This document shows positions 29,088 to 38,979 of a stretch of DNA of 64,000 nucleotides, piece by piece. Positions within the stretch are counted from its first letter, which is position 1. Every line of letters begins with the position of its first letter. A program made the translations under genes and the position numbers. The stretch spans positions 1,536,001 through 1,600,000 of the forward strand of contig OZ244587.1 of NCBI GenBank assembly GCA_965218095.1. Reading direction: 5' to 3'. A model generated the notes under the pieces. The model was not told where the DNA came from, did not search any database, and was given only the letters and a program-made list of their open reading frames with translations. The stretch comes from Candidatus Poribacteria bacterium. Lineage in GTDB: Bacteria; Poribacteria; WGA-4E; PCPOR2b.

Positions 29088-31589
29088 CTATTTGACAATG
29101 ACCATTCGTCGGGTGGCTTGGAAAGCGCCAGCCTTAAGCGTGTAGAAATAGATGCCACTCGAAACCGCCTCTCCGAATCGGTCTTTGCCATCCCAATACG
29201 CCGCGGTTTCTCGGCTGAGATAACTGCCCGCTTGTCGCAAACCGGGCGCTAACTGACGGACAAGTTGTCCTTGCACATCGTAGATACGAATGGTCACTTT
29301 GGCATCGGCGGCTAACACATACGGCATCCATGTTTCTGGATTAAACGGATTGGGGTAGTTTGGCAACAGTGCCGTTTCTTTCGGAGCCAACGCTACGAGA
29401 AGGTGTTCAAGGAAGATAATCCCTCTTTGCGAGCGGACATCCGTGAGGTGTAGTTGCTGTGCTTGAGTGAGCCAGCCCTCTACATCGGCAGGAGTGATCA
29501 TCGCCAGTGCCTGTGGATGCGCCGAAGGCGCGGCTGCCGCGTTGCCTATTGCGCTGGCAACCTGAACCAAGTCTGCAATATCCACAACGCCATCCCGGTT
29601 GACATCCGCCTCATTTTGTCCCATCTGTCCCAAACGCAATGCAACTAGGGCTAAATCCAAGATGTTCACCGCCCCATTCCTGTTGACATCCTCAGCGAGT
29701 GTCGGCGGTTTTTCCCCGGTGTCCGGTGGCGGTGCAATATCCCACAGAAGCACCGTGCCGTCCACACTCCCACTTGCGAGGGTCCTGCCATCGGAGCTGA
29801 AAGCAACGCTCTCGACACTAGAGGTATGCCCGACGAGGGTTTTCAACGCCTCACCTGTGGTAGCATCCCACAAGCCGATCGTATTGTCCCACCCCCCACT
29901 TGCGAGGGTCTTGCTATCGCGACTGAAAGCAACGCTTTCGACACCATACGTATCCCTGTGGATGGTTGTCACCTCCTCACCGGTGGTAACATCCCACAGG
30001 CGAATGGCATTATCCCACCCCCCACTTGCGAGGGTCTTGCCATCGCGACTGAAAGTAACGCTGAGGACATGACCCCTATGGCCGTCAAGGACTTTTAGGG
30101 GGGCCCCAGTGGCGACATCCCACAGGCGAATGGTATTGTCTCGACTCCCACTTGCGAGGGTCTTGCCATCTCGACTGAAAGCGATGCTCTCGACACCGGC
30201 CGCATGTCCGACGAGGGTTCTCAGGCGTGCCCCGGTGGCGACATCCCACAAGCGGATGTCATCATCCTCACTTCCACTCGCCAGCATGCTGCCATCGGGA
30301 CTGAAAGCAACGCTTATCAGATAAGCCCTATGCCCGACGAGGGTTTTCAGGTGCGCTCCGGTGTCAGCATTCCACAAGCGGACCGTATCGTCCTGACTTC
30401 CACTGGCGATTGTGCCCCCATCCGGGCTGAAAACAACGATGTCCACATCATCCGTATGCCCGACGAGGACGTGCTGGAGCTGTCCTGTGTCGGTGTTCCA
30501 CAGGCGGATGGTTTGGTCCCAGCTCCTACCAATGAGCGTGCGGCCATCCGGACTGAACGCAACGTTCAAGACAACATCCGCGAACCCGGTGACAGTTTCG
30601 ATGTGTTCACCCGTATCAACATCCCACAGGCGGAAGGTCGCATCCCACGCACCGCTTGCGACAGTGCGGCTATCCCGACTAAACGCAACTCTGTAGACAT
30701 CAGCCGTATGTCCGGTAAGGGTTTCGATGGGCTCGCCCGTGACAGCATCCCACAAGCGGATGGTATCGTCCTCACTCGCACTCGCCAGCGTGCGGCCATC
30801 CGGAGAAAAAGCGAGTTTGTAGACAATGGATGTATGCCCGGTAAGGGTTTCGATGGGCTCGCCGGTGTCAACATCCCACAGACGGATGGCCGCGTCGTAA
30901 TCCCCACTCACGAGTGTGCCCCCATCCGGGCTGAAAGCAACCGTCTGCACAAGAGACGTATGCCCGGTGATGGTCTTGATATTCTCACCCGTCTCAACAT
31001 CCCACAGACGGACGGTTTGGTCCCAACTCCCACTAGCGACAGTTTTTCTATCCGAGCTGAAAGCCACGCTAGTGACCCGATCCCCATGTTCGGTAAGGGT
31101 ATGGATGTTCTCGCCCGTCTCAACATCCCACAATCGGACGGTTCGGTCCCAACTTCCACTGACAAGTGTGCCTCCATCCGGGCTGAAAGCAAGGCTCCGG
31201 ACACCATTCCTATGCCCGGTGATGATCTTGATATTCTCACCCGTCTCAACATCCCACAATCGGATGGTTTGGTCCCAACTCCCACTGGCAAGCGTCTTTT
31301 CATCAGGGGAATACGCCATAGCAGAAATTGTTTCCGTATGCCCGGTGAGCAGGTCCATCTCTTGAAGGGTTTCCGCATCGTAGAGCCAAATACCGATGGC
31401 ACTGGCGACTGCGAGTTGAGTACCATCAAGTGAATACTCAAGTTCACCTATCCAGCCTTTACCGAATCGCGCAATGGCATCATCGGGTAACTGCCATTGG
31501 GGGTTATCTTGGGCGAAGCTGTTTGATAGAAATAGAGCAGAGACTAATAATAAAGTAAGGCTAAAAAATATCATCTTTTTCATTGACAT
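29088..31589 (-). CDS. Secreted WD40-repeat protein with dockerin-like and FlgD/T9SS-type C-terminal domains
   Basis: About 13 GH...VAFSPDG.TLASGS.D.TIRLWD repeats; EDVNRNGAVNILDL...DVNRDGVVDIADL; LLPNYPNPFNPETW. Confidence 0.93.
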   Translation of the reverse strand: MSMKKMIFFSLTLLLVSALFLSNSFAQDNPQWQLPDDAIARFGKGWIGELEYSLDGTQLAVASAIGIWLYDAETLQEMDLLTGHTETISAMAYSPDEKTLASGSWDQTIRLWDVETGENIKIITGHRNGVRSLAFSPDGGTLVSGSWDRTVRLWDVETGENIHTLTEHGDRVTSVAFSSDRKTVASGSWDQTVRLWDVETGENIKTITGHTSLVQTVAFSPDGGTLVSGDYDAAIRLWDVDTGEPIETLTGHTSIVYKLAFSPDGRTLASASEDDTIRLWDAVTGEPIETLTGHTADVYRVAFSRDSRTVASGAWDATFRLWDVDTGEHIETVTGFADVVLNVAFSPDGRTLIGRSWDQTIRLWNTDTGQLQHVLVGHTDDVDIVVFSPDGGTIASGSQDDTVRLWNADTGAHLKTLVGHRAYLISVAFSPDGSMLASGSEDDDIRLWDVATGARLRTLVGHAAGVESIAFSRDGKTLASGSRDNTIRLWDVATGAPLKVLDGHRGHVLSVTFSRDGKTLASGGWDNAIRLWDVTTGEEVTTIHRDTYGVESVAFSRDSKTLASGGWDNTIGLWDATTGEALKTLVGHTSSVESVAFSSDGRTLASGSVDGTVLLWDIAPPPDTGEKPPTLAEDVNRNGAVNILDLALVALRLGQMGQNEADVNRDGVVDIADLVQVASAIGNAAAAPSAHPQALAMITPADVEGWLTQAQQLHLTDVRSQRGIIFLEHLLVALAPKETALLPNYPNPFNPETWMPYVLAADAKVTIRIYDVQGQLVRQLAPGLRQAGSYLSRETAAYWDGKDRFGEAVSSGIYFYTLKAGAFQATRRMVIVK

Positions 31590-31629
31590 TGATTCTCCTT
31601 TTTGAGTTGTCAGTTTTGCGGAGTTAGTG

Positions 31630-34137
31630 CTACTTGAGGATCACCATCCGTCGTAAGTCGGTATAATCCCCTGCTTGGAGTTGATAGAAATAGACTCCGC
31701 TTGCGACCGATTCCCCCCTATCGTTGCGTCCGTCCCAATAGGCTGCTTTCGTCCGGGTGGTATAGAATCCTGCGGGTTGATTCCCCAATTCTAATTGCCA
31801 CACCGGCGTCCCTTTTGTGTCGTAAACCGTGAGTGTGACATCGGCATCGTGAGCGAGTTGATAAGGAATCCACGTCTCCGGATTGAACGGATTTGGGTAG
31901 TTAGGCAACAGTGCCGTCTCTTTCGGAGCCAACGCTGCGAGAAGGTGTTCAAGGAAGATAATGCCCCTTTGCGAGCGTAGATCCGTCAGATCTAGGCCCT
32001 GTGCTTGGGTGAGCCAGCCCTCTACATCGGCAGGAGTGATCATCGCCAGTGCCTGTGGATGCGCCGAAGGTGCGGCTGCCGCGTTGCCTATTGCGCCGGC
32101 AACCTGAACCAAGTCTGCAATATCCACAACGCCATCCCGGTTGACATCCGCCTCATTTTGTCCCGTCTGTCCCAAACGCAATGCAACCAGGGCTAAATCC
32201 AAGATGTTCACCGCCCCATTCCTGTTGACATCCTCAGCAAGTGTCGGCGGTTTTTCCCCGGTGTCCGGTGGCGGTGCAATATCCCACAGAAGCACCGTGC
32301 CGTCCACACTCCCACTTGCGAGGGTTCTGCCATCGGAGCTGAAAGCAACGCTATTGACCCTAGACGTATGTCCGGTAAGGGTTTTGATGTGCTTGCCCGT
32401 GCCAACATCCCACAAGCCAATCGTATTATCCCACCCCCCACCTGCGAGGGTCTTGCCATCGCGACTGAAAGCAACGCTTTCAATAACGCTTTCGACGCCA
32501 TACTGACTCCCGTGGATGGTTCTCACTTCCTCACCGGTGGTAACATCCCACAGGCGAATGGTATTGTCCCACCCCCCACTTGCGAGGGTCTTGCCATCGC
32601 GACTGAAAGTAACGCTGAGGACATGACCTCTATGGCCGAAGAGGGGTTTCAGGACATCCCCGGTGGCAACATCCCACAGGACAACGGCAGAGTCTCGCCC
32701 CCCGCTTGCGAGGATCTTTCCATTGGGGCTGAAAGCGACATTCTCGACGCCAGCACCGTGTCCGTAGAGGGTTCCCAGGCGTGCCCCGGTGGCGACATCC
32801 CACAAGCGGATGGTATCGTCCTCACTTCCACTCGCCAACCTGCTGCCATCGGGACTGAAAGCAATGGTTATCAGATAAGCGCTATGCGCGACGAGGGTTT
32901 TCAGGTGCGCCCCGGTGTCAGCATTCCACAGGCGAACGGTATTGTCCTGACTTCCACTAGCGATTGTGCCCCCATCCGGGCTGAAAACAACGATGTCCAC
33001 ATCATCCGTGTGCCCGACGAGGACGTGCTGGAGTTGTCCTGTTTCGGTATTCCACACGCGGATGGTTTGGTCCCAGCTCCTACCGATGAGCGGGCGGTCA
33101 TCCGGACTGAAAGCAACGCTCAGGACACCACTCTCATGCCCAGTAATGGTTTCGATGGGCTCACCCGTATCAACATCCCACAGGCGGACAGTCGCATCCC
33201 CCCCCCCACTTGCGAGTGTGCGGCTATCCCGACTAAACGCAACTCTGTAGACATCAGCCGTATGTCCGGTAAGGGTTTTGACGGGCTCGCCCGTGACAGC
33301 ATCCCACAAGCGGATGGTATCGTCCTCACTCGCACTCGCCAGCGTGCGGCCATCCGGAGAAAAAGCGAGTTTGTAGACAATGGAGGTATGCCCGGTAAGG
33401 GTTTCGATGGGCTCGCCGGTGTCAACATCCCACAGACGGATGGCCGCGTCGTAATCTCCACTGGCGAGCGTGCCTCCCCGACTGAAAGCAACCGTCCGGA
33501 CAAGAGACGTATGCCCGGTAAGAGTTTTGATGGGCTCGCCGGTGTCAACATCCCACAGACGGACGGTTTGGTCCCAACTCCCACTGGCGAGCGTACCCCC
33601 ATCCGAGCTGAAAGCAACGCTAGTGACCCAATCCGCATGTCCGGTAAGAGTTTTGATGGGCTCGCCCGTGGTAGCATCCCACAGGCGAACTGTCGCGTCG
33701 TAACTCCCGCTGGCAAGCATGCCCCCATCCGAGCTGAAAGCAACGCTCCGGACACCACTCTCATGCCCGGTAAGGGTTTTGATAGTCTCGCCCGTTGTAA
33801 CATCCCACAAGCGAACAGTATCGTCCCAACTCCCACTGGCAAGTGTACCCCCATCCGGGGAATACGCCATAGCAGAAATCGTTTCCGTATGCCCAGTGAG
33901 CAAGTCAACCTCTTGAAGGGTCGCCGCATCATAGAGCCAAATACCGATGGAACTGGCGACCGCGAGCCGAGTGCCGTCCGGAGGCGAATACTGAAGCCCA
34001 GATATCCACCCTTTACCAAATCGCGCAGTGGCACCTTCGGGTAACTGCCACTGAGGGTTATCTTGGGCAAAGCTGTTTGATAGAAATAGAGCAGAGACTA
34101 ACAATAGGGTAAAGGTAAAAAACATCCTCTTTTTCAT
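31630..34137 (-). CDS. Tandem paralog: WD40-repeat, dockerin-like and FlgD/T9SS-type C-terminal domain protein
   Basis: Same architecture; long near-identical DNA blocks shared with 29088-31589. Confidence 0.93.
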   Translation of the reverse strand: MKKRMFFTFTLLLVSALFLSNSFAQDNPQWQLPEGATARFGKGWISGLQYSPPDGTRLAVASSIGIWLYDAATLQEVDLLTGHTETISAMAYSPDGGTLASGSWDDTVRLWDVTTGETIKTLTGHESGVRSVAFSSDGGMLASGSYDATVRLWDATTGEPIKTLTGHADWVTSVAFSSDGGTLASGSWDQTVRLWDVDTGEPIKTLTGHTSLVRTVAFSRGGTLASGDYDAAIRLWDVDTGEPIETLTGHTSIVYKLAFSPDGRTLASASEDDTIRLWDAVTGEPVKTLTGHTADVYRVAFSRDSRTLASGGGDATVRLWDVDTGEPIETITGHESGVLSVAFSPDDRPLIGRSWDQTIRVWNTETGQLQHVLVGHTDDVDIVVFSPDGGTIASGSQDNTVRLWNADTGAHLKTLVAHSAYLITIAFSPDGSRLASGSEDDTIRLWDVATGARLGTLYGHGAGVENVAFSPNGKILASGGRDSAVVLWDVATGDVLKPLFGHRGHVLSVTFSRDGKTLASGGWDNTIRLWDVTTGEEVRTIHGSQYGVESVIESVAFSRDGKTLAGGGWDNTIGLWDVGTGKHIKTLTGHTSRVNSVAFSSDGRTLASGSVDGTVLLWDIAPPPDTGEKPPTLAEDVNRNGAVNILDLALVALRLGQTGQNEADVNRDGVVDIADLVQVAGAIGNAAAAPSAHPQALAMITPADVEGWLTQAQGLDLTDLRSQRGIIFLEHLLAALAPKETALLPNYPNPFNPETWIPYQLAHDADVTLTVYDTKGTPVWQLELGNQPAGFYTTRTKAAYWDGRNDRGESVASGVYFYQLQAGDYTDLRRMVILK

Positions 34138-34192
34138 TGAGATTCATTCTCCGTTTTGAGTCGTTGGTTCTGAGGTATATTCTTAGGAGTCA

Positions 34193-34229
34193 GAGCAGGG
34201 AAGGAAGCAGCGCACCCGCTCCCCTGCTC
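34193..34229 (-). other. GC-rich hairpin 13 nt after the stop of the DUF5069-like gene
   Basis: mRNA GAGCAGGG-GAGCGG-GUGCG-CUGCUU-CCUU-CCCUGCUC; no U-tract follows. Confidence 0.6.
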
Positions 34230-34242
34230 GCTTTTTCGATAC

Positions 34243-34488
34243 TTATCGATTGAGTGTTTTCATCGCGGCAATCATGTCGTCGTCTGACGGGTTGCTTTTC
34301 ACCATCTCAACAAACTCGTCAGCGTCTAGCTTGTGTTCCTCCAGGAACTTTTTGTCCTGCGGTCACGGGTAGATGTATTCACCGATAGTACCGTTCAACT
34401 TGGCGCGCGCCTTATCGGTAACCCGCGCCAACCACCAGTACCCTCCAATGAGCATATCCCGATGCCGTGGTTTCCAATCGAGTCCCAT
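34243..34488 (-). CDS. DUF5069-like protein with in-frame TGA at codon 42 (candidate selenoprotein, 81 aa)
   Basis: AAGGAGGTG RBS; MGLDWKPRHRDMLIGGYWWLARVTDKARAKLNGTIGEYIYP(TGA 34363-34365)PQDKKFLEEHKLDADEFVEMVKSNPSDDDMIAAMKTLNR*. Confidence 0.8.
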
Positions 34489-34513
34489 TTAATTCACCTC
34501 CTTTATCAGGTAT

Positions 34514-34614
34514 TAAGTTCTCTCAGAAAATGGAAAAGCCTGAAAACACTGAATTTGTCGAACTGTCAAATGATTCCTTCCCCCCACTTACGATCCGACT
34601 TGCTGAGAAAGCTC
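34514..34614. mobile_element. MITE remnant related to the element between secD and secF
   Basis: Reverse complement of 34514-34549 (gtgttttcaggcttttccattttctgagagaactta) matches 49669-49704 (gtgatttcaggctttccaattttctgacagaactta). Confidence 0.55.
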
Positions 34615-34659
34615 AAGACGTTTGTAATGAGACAATTCATCGCTATCTGAGATGCGTAA

Positions 34660-35543
34660 GGTATGCACTACGGCAAACCAAGAATTTCTTCGGGGCGTTG
34701 AACTTGAGGCAGCAGCATATCGTGAAAGGCGGATGCAGATTTTACTGCATGTCCGCAAGCCGCTGTTGGATTGCCGTCTGTCGTGCGTTCCACAGGTTGA
34801 TCATCGGCTAATCGAACATCACTACAACGTGCATGCCCAAGATTAACGGATTTAAACCTTTCCCGAAAGTGGCAAGGGCTAACACGCTCGCATCTTCGGA
34901 CGTAAACCTATAGTTGCGCAACCGTCTCGCCCACCTCTTAAAGTACCGCATCGGCTGTGCGACTTGTACGCGACTGCGAAAGAGGCGAATGAGTGCAGCA
35001 TAGCGTAGAAAGTGTTCCAAACGTCGCAATAGCTTCTCCGTTTGCGGCACAACAAACAGATCAATGCCTTGAGCATTTGCGCGGCTTAATAAGTCGAATG
35101 CCAGCAACTTCGCATCAGTTTGTCAGTTTTAACAATCCTTGCAAGATGTATTACGCTGTGACTTTATCGAGCAGGCACTGCCTCCGGTGAAACCTCCACT
35201 TCCTCAAGGTCTTCGAGGTCAGTTTCTGTCCATTTCTCCCACAGTTTAGTCTGCTCAGATTCGGGAAGATCAAGATATTCCCCTAATGTCAAACCATCTA
35301 AGAACGGCTCGTCGAGACTGAGCGGTTGGCCCCAATGGCTTGCAAAACCTCCTCTTTCAGAGATTTGACGGTCCCACGAGCGTTTTCTATCGTTCTCTCC
35401 GTTTGGATTACGTCCTTCTGTAACTCCGGCGCCAGCTTGAGCAGTTGCTGTCGATCTTCGGAACTCATCTGTTTAATCAAAGCCGCAATCTGTTTGAGAC
35501 TGACGGGTAAGGCGAATACTGTCTCTGGCTCCCGCCTTATCAT
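34660..35543 (-). pseudogene. Decayed two-gene module: acidic antitoxin-like ORF and PIN-like ORF
   Basis: First ORF continues by frameshift into EPFLDGLTLGEYLDLPE...EVSPEAVPAR*; second has CLLDK...EDASVLALA...VVMFD with several stops. Confidence 0.5.
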
Positions 35544-35597
35544 TACAAGGCATTAGGGTAAAACGCCTCCTAAGTACCTAATACCTAACACCTACTT

Positions 35598-38500
35598 TTA
35601 TTGTACACTCGCCTCAAGCTGCTTCAAGGTTTTCTCCAAGAGATCTAGATAGCGTCCATATTCCGTCCAATTTCCCGCCCGTTGCGCCGCTTGGGCTCCG
35701 TCATAATGTTGTCGTGCCTGCTTCACAAGTTGGGAAATTGGCATCTGGTTCAAGAGGAGTGTTTCTCCCTGTTCACCCATCATCGCTGAAATAGTGGGAG
35801 TTTCCTCAGTCTCAAGACCATCTTGTGCTTCTGCTACTGCCAAACGTCTACCGAACATATTAATCAACGCTTCATCAAGACTTGCGCCCCATGCAACGTT
35901 TTCTTTATAACCGACGACAACACGACGCAGTTCAGGAATTGCAGATTCTTCGTTCTCTGCCTGGATGTAGATTGGCTCAACATACAGGATGGAATCATTC
36001 ATCGGGATGATCAGCAAGTTGCCACGCAGTACGCGCGATCCTTGCGTATTCCACAAACTAATCTGCTGGGAAATTTCAGGTTCCTGGGTGATGAAATTTT
36101 CGACCTGCATCGGACCGGGGGCAAGTTTCCCTTTTGCGAAGCCATAAACTAACAGTTGACCATATTGCGGCAAATCACATCTTGCCGCGATCCAAGCCCT
36201 GAGATTTGGCTTATTTTTCGGCGTGAAAGGCAACATCAGTACAAATTCCGCACGTTCCTCTCCCGGAATTTTGACGACTACATAGTAAGGGGCGACCTCT
36301 TGCACATTCGAGATGGTCCCCGGCAAGCTCTGCTGGCGCGGGGCGAATGGGCTGGTGGGTGGCGTTTGAGGACGCAGGCGTTCCGTGTTGTCGTAAAGTT
36401 CCTCGCCGATCTGCCACTGATCTTCGCTTGCGTAGAAAGTAATTGGATCCTTCATGTGATAATCTTGGTACGCCCGTGCCTGTATGAGAAACATTGTGGT
36501 GGGGTATCGGATATGCTTTTTGAGTTCTTCGGGCATCTCGTCGAACGGTTTGAATAGGGCTGGGAAGATACGGCGGTAACACTCGACAATTGGATCCTTT
36601 TCTCGTTCCATCAGGTAGAAATTCACAGTACCATCGTAGGGGTCAATTGTCACCTTGACGGCGTTTCGGATATAATTGCCCCACGGACTTTCACCCCCCA
36701 TGATACGGCCGGCAACACGTCTACCACCACGTTCAGCAATTCTCGCGCGGGTAACGTCTTGCATCGGTGCGGAATAAGGGTAACGTGCAGTCGTTGTGTA
36801 AGCATCAACCATCCAGATGAGCCTACCATTGTAAATAACAAGGTAAGGATCGTCATCGTAGCGCAGGAATGGGGCAATTTTTTCAACACGCTCTTTAATG
36901 TGCCGATGGTAGAGAACACGGCTTGTTGATTTGATTTCGCCCGGCAGGATGAACTTGAGCTCGTTTCTAAATTTCAGCATATACACGAATTTGCGTAAGA
37001 AAGAGGAAAGGCGGACGCCTCCTTTGCCTTGATACGAATATTTGGCGAAATCTTGTCCGAATGTTTCAGGGTAATCAAACTCAAGGCTCACCGGGCGGTC
37101 TGGATGGACAATGACATAATGGTTCGTGCGTTCCCCGTAGTAAATCCGAGGACCTGGATTTTCGTTAAACCGATACGACCATTCGGGCTCGTAGTTAATT
37201 GGATCAATGTCCCGTATGTACATTTTCGGCTTTCCGTCGAGAGCCTCGTTGACCGGACTCATCACCGCCCCATAGCCATGGGTGAAAACGTAAGTTCGCT
37301 TAAACCAATCGTTACGTACCTCACGCGGCAGATCATCGATATTCAGTTCACGCCCAGAAAGCATCACCTGCCGTAGTTCATTGTTTTCCATTGGATAGCG
37401 ATCGATGTCAACGCCAGAAAAATCGTATTGTGAGCGCAACTCCTGGAGTTGGCGGAAAGTACGCCGTAGCGGTCGCTCATCCCATAGCCGAATGCTATTA
37501 ATCACCGGTGCATTTTCCTGCCCCATGATACTCTCATAAGACAACTCTCCTGTCAAGGGATACTGTGTCTCCGTCACGGTGTTGTCCTCTAGATCATAAG
37601 CATGCAGTGTCGCCCTGACGTTATAGTTGATGTATTTCGCCTCAAGTTCCTGCTTGCTGGGCTCAACTTTCAGATTTTGAACAAGACGAGGATAGGCCTG
37701 CCCAATAAAAGCAACAAGCAAAAGAACGACGACGCCCCCAACCGCGAAAGAGATGCGGCGTAAAAAGATGCTGACGAAGAAAATCAGCGCGCATATAACC
37801 GAAAGCCACATTAAAATCATTAATACCGGTAACCGGGCCTGAATTGCTGCATAGCCACCCCCACCACGAACAATATCGTTCATCGTGTAGAGGAGGTCAT
37901 ACATCACAAACCGATAATTCCAGGCGCGAAACAGCAGTATTAACCCGATCAGCACAAATAGGTGTGTCTTAACACGCTGCGGCGGCTCAAAGCGATTGTT
38001 CTCACTGATCAGTAGCCCGTGAAAAAAGTAGATGACAGCCGTAAACAGGGTGATTAGCATGAACAGACCAAATAGATAACCGCAGATTAAGCGTTCCAGG
38101 GGCATTCGAAAGACATAGTAGCTGACGTCCTTATGGAAGATTGGGTCGCGCGCAGCCGCAACCAAAATCGCTTTTTGTGACGCATCGAACTTAAGGCCCT
38201 GGCTCAATTGAATTTTCGCTTGCCCATTCGTGCCAGGGACAATCGATTGAATTTCTGCCGCGTGGCGGTTATCTCCTTCTTCGATTGTGACATCATCACC
38301 TCTTTGAAGTCCTTTGGCATTGAGCTCCAACTGAGAGATGACAATTTCGGTAGTGTCCTGATTTGCTGGTGCAGCGAGCGACGTTGCTGATTGGAAGGAA
38401 AGTCCGCTGGCCTTGGAATAGCGGAGAAAGCGTTCCCAGTAGTTTGTCGCAGTATAACCGCCTAAGAGGCTGCCCCCGACAGCCAAGAGTGTGAGTACAA

Positions 38501-38813
38501 CATAGACCGCCTTCCGGAGGTCAAAATCAAGCACTCCCTCAAGTGGGATTGATTCCATAAGGGTTGGACTCAGTCGAGAGGGGGTGAAACGATGGAGGAG
38601 ATAGAGGTTGGTAAGGGTCACGACAAGCAAGAAACCAGCGACAATAATCCCCAAGCCAATTTGCGTCAATAGAATCTTCTTATAAATCGCGACATAACCG
38701 ACCATATCAAACCAGAGGAGGTCGGGATAGATTTTTACGAGGATCGTTCCCACTCCAATGATTACTGCTAAAAGCACAACAAAAATAATAAGTCGAGTCA
38801 AAGATAGTTGCAT
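35598..38813 (-). CDS. UPF0182-family membrane protein
   Basis: LWFDMVGY, DPIFHKDVSYYVF, IRLWD, DIDRY, YVFTHGYG, PRIYYGE, NYIRNAVK, LYVEPIYIQ, PELRRV. Confidence 0.93.
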   Translation of the reverse strand: MQLSLTRLIIFVVLLAVIIGVGTILVKIYPDLLWFDMVGYVAIYKKILLTQIGLGIIVAGFLLVVTLTNLYLLHRFTPSRLSPTLMESIPLEGVLDFDLRKAVYVVLTLLAVGGSLLGGYTATNYWERFLRYSKASGLSFQSATSLAAPANQDTTEIVISQLELNAKGLQRGDDVTIEEGDNRHAAEIQSIVPGTNGQAKIQLSQGLKFDASQKAILVAAARDPIFHKDVSYYVFRMPLERLICGYLFGLFMLITLFTAVIYFFHGLLISENNRFEPPQRVKTHLFVLIGLILLFRAWNYRFVMYDLLYTMNDIVRGGGGYAAIQARLPVLMILMWLSVICALIFFVSIFLRRISFAVGGVVVLLLVAFIGQAYPRLVQNLKVEPSKQELEAKYINYNVRATLHAYDLEDNTVTETQYPLTGELSYESIMGQENAPVINSIRLWDERPLRRTFRQLQELRSQYDFSGVDIDRYPMENNELRQVMLSGRELNIDDLPREVRNDWFKRTYVFTHGYGAVMSPVNEALDGKPKMYIRDIDPINYEPEWSYRFNENPGPRIYYGERTNHYVIVHPDRPVSLEFDYPETFGQDFAKYSYQGKGGVRLSSFLRKFVYMLKFRNELKFILPGEIKSTSRVLYHRHIKERVEKIAPFLRYDDDPYLVIYNGRLIWMVDAYTTTARYPYSAPMQDVTRARIAERGGRRVAGRIMGGESPWGNYIRNAVKVTIDPYDGTVNFYLMEREKDPIVECYRRIFPALFKPFDEMPEELKKHIRYPTTMFLIQARAYQDYHMKDPITFYASEDQWQIGEELYDNTERLRPQTPPTSPFAPRQQSLPGTISNVQEVAPYYVVVKIPGEERAEFVLMLPFTPKNKPNLRAWIAARCDLPQYGQLLVYGFAKGKLAPGPMQVENFITQEPEISQQISLWNTQGSRVLRGNLLIIPMNDSILYVEPIYIQAENEESAIPELRRVVVGYKENVAWGASLDEALINMFGRRLAVAEAQDGLETEETPTISAMMGEQGETLLLNQMPISQLVKQARQHYDGAQAAQRAGNWTEYGRYLDLLEKTLKQLEASVQ

Positions 38814-38979
38814 TTATTTCCTCTTTTCTTTTTATGAAGGGTACCACATGTTGACAGAATACCCATTCGGAAAACCGCTAAAAACTCAGCGCCGCAACAA
38901 TGCGACAAAACCTACCTGTTGAATCTGAAACCGCCACATGACAATGAAACTGCCACATGACAATGAAACTCCATTTAAG

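Noticed and set aside
30204-34044. Long plus-strand ORFs (409 and 558 aa) and alternate-frame ORFs over the WD40 genes
   Set aside because: Antisense or out-of-frame shadows of repetitive GC-rich coding sequence
29088-34137. Near-identical paralog segments as a diversity-generating retroelement TR/VR pair
   Set aside because: Differences are not adenine-specific, both copies are full genes, and there is no RT in the window
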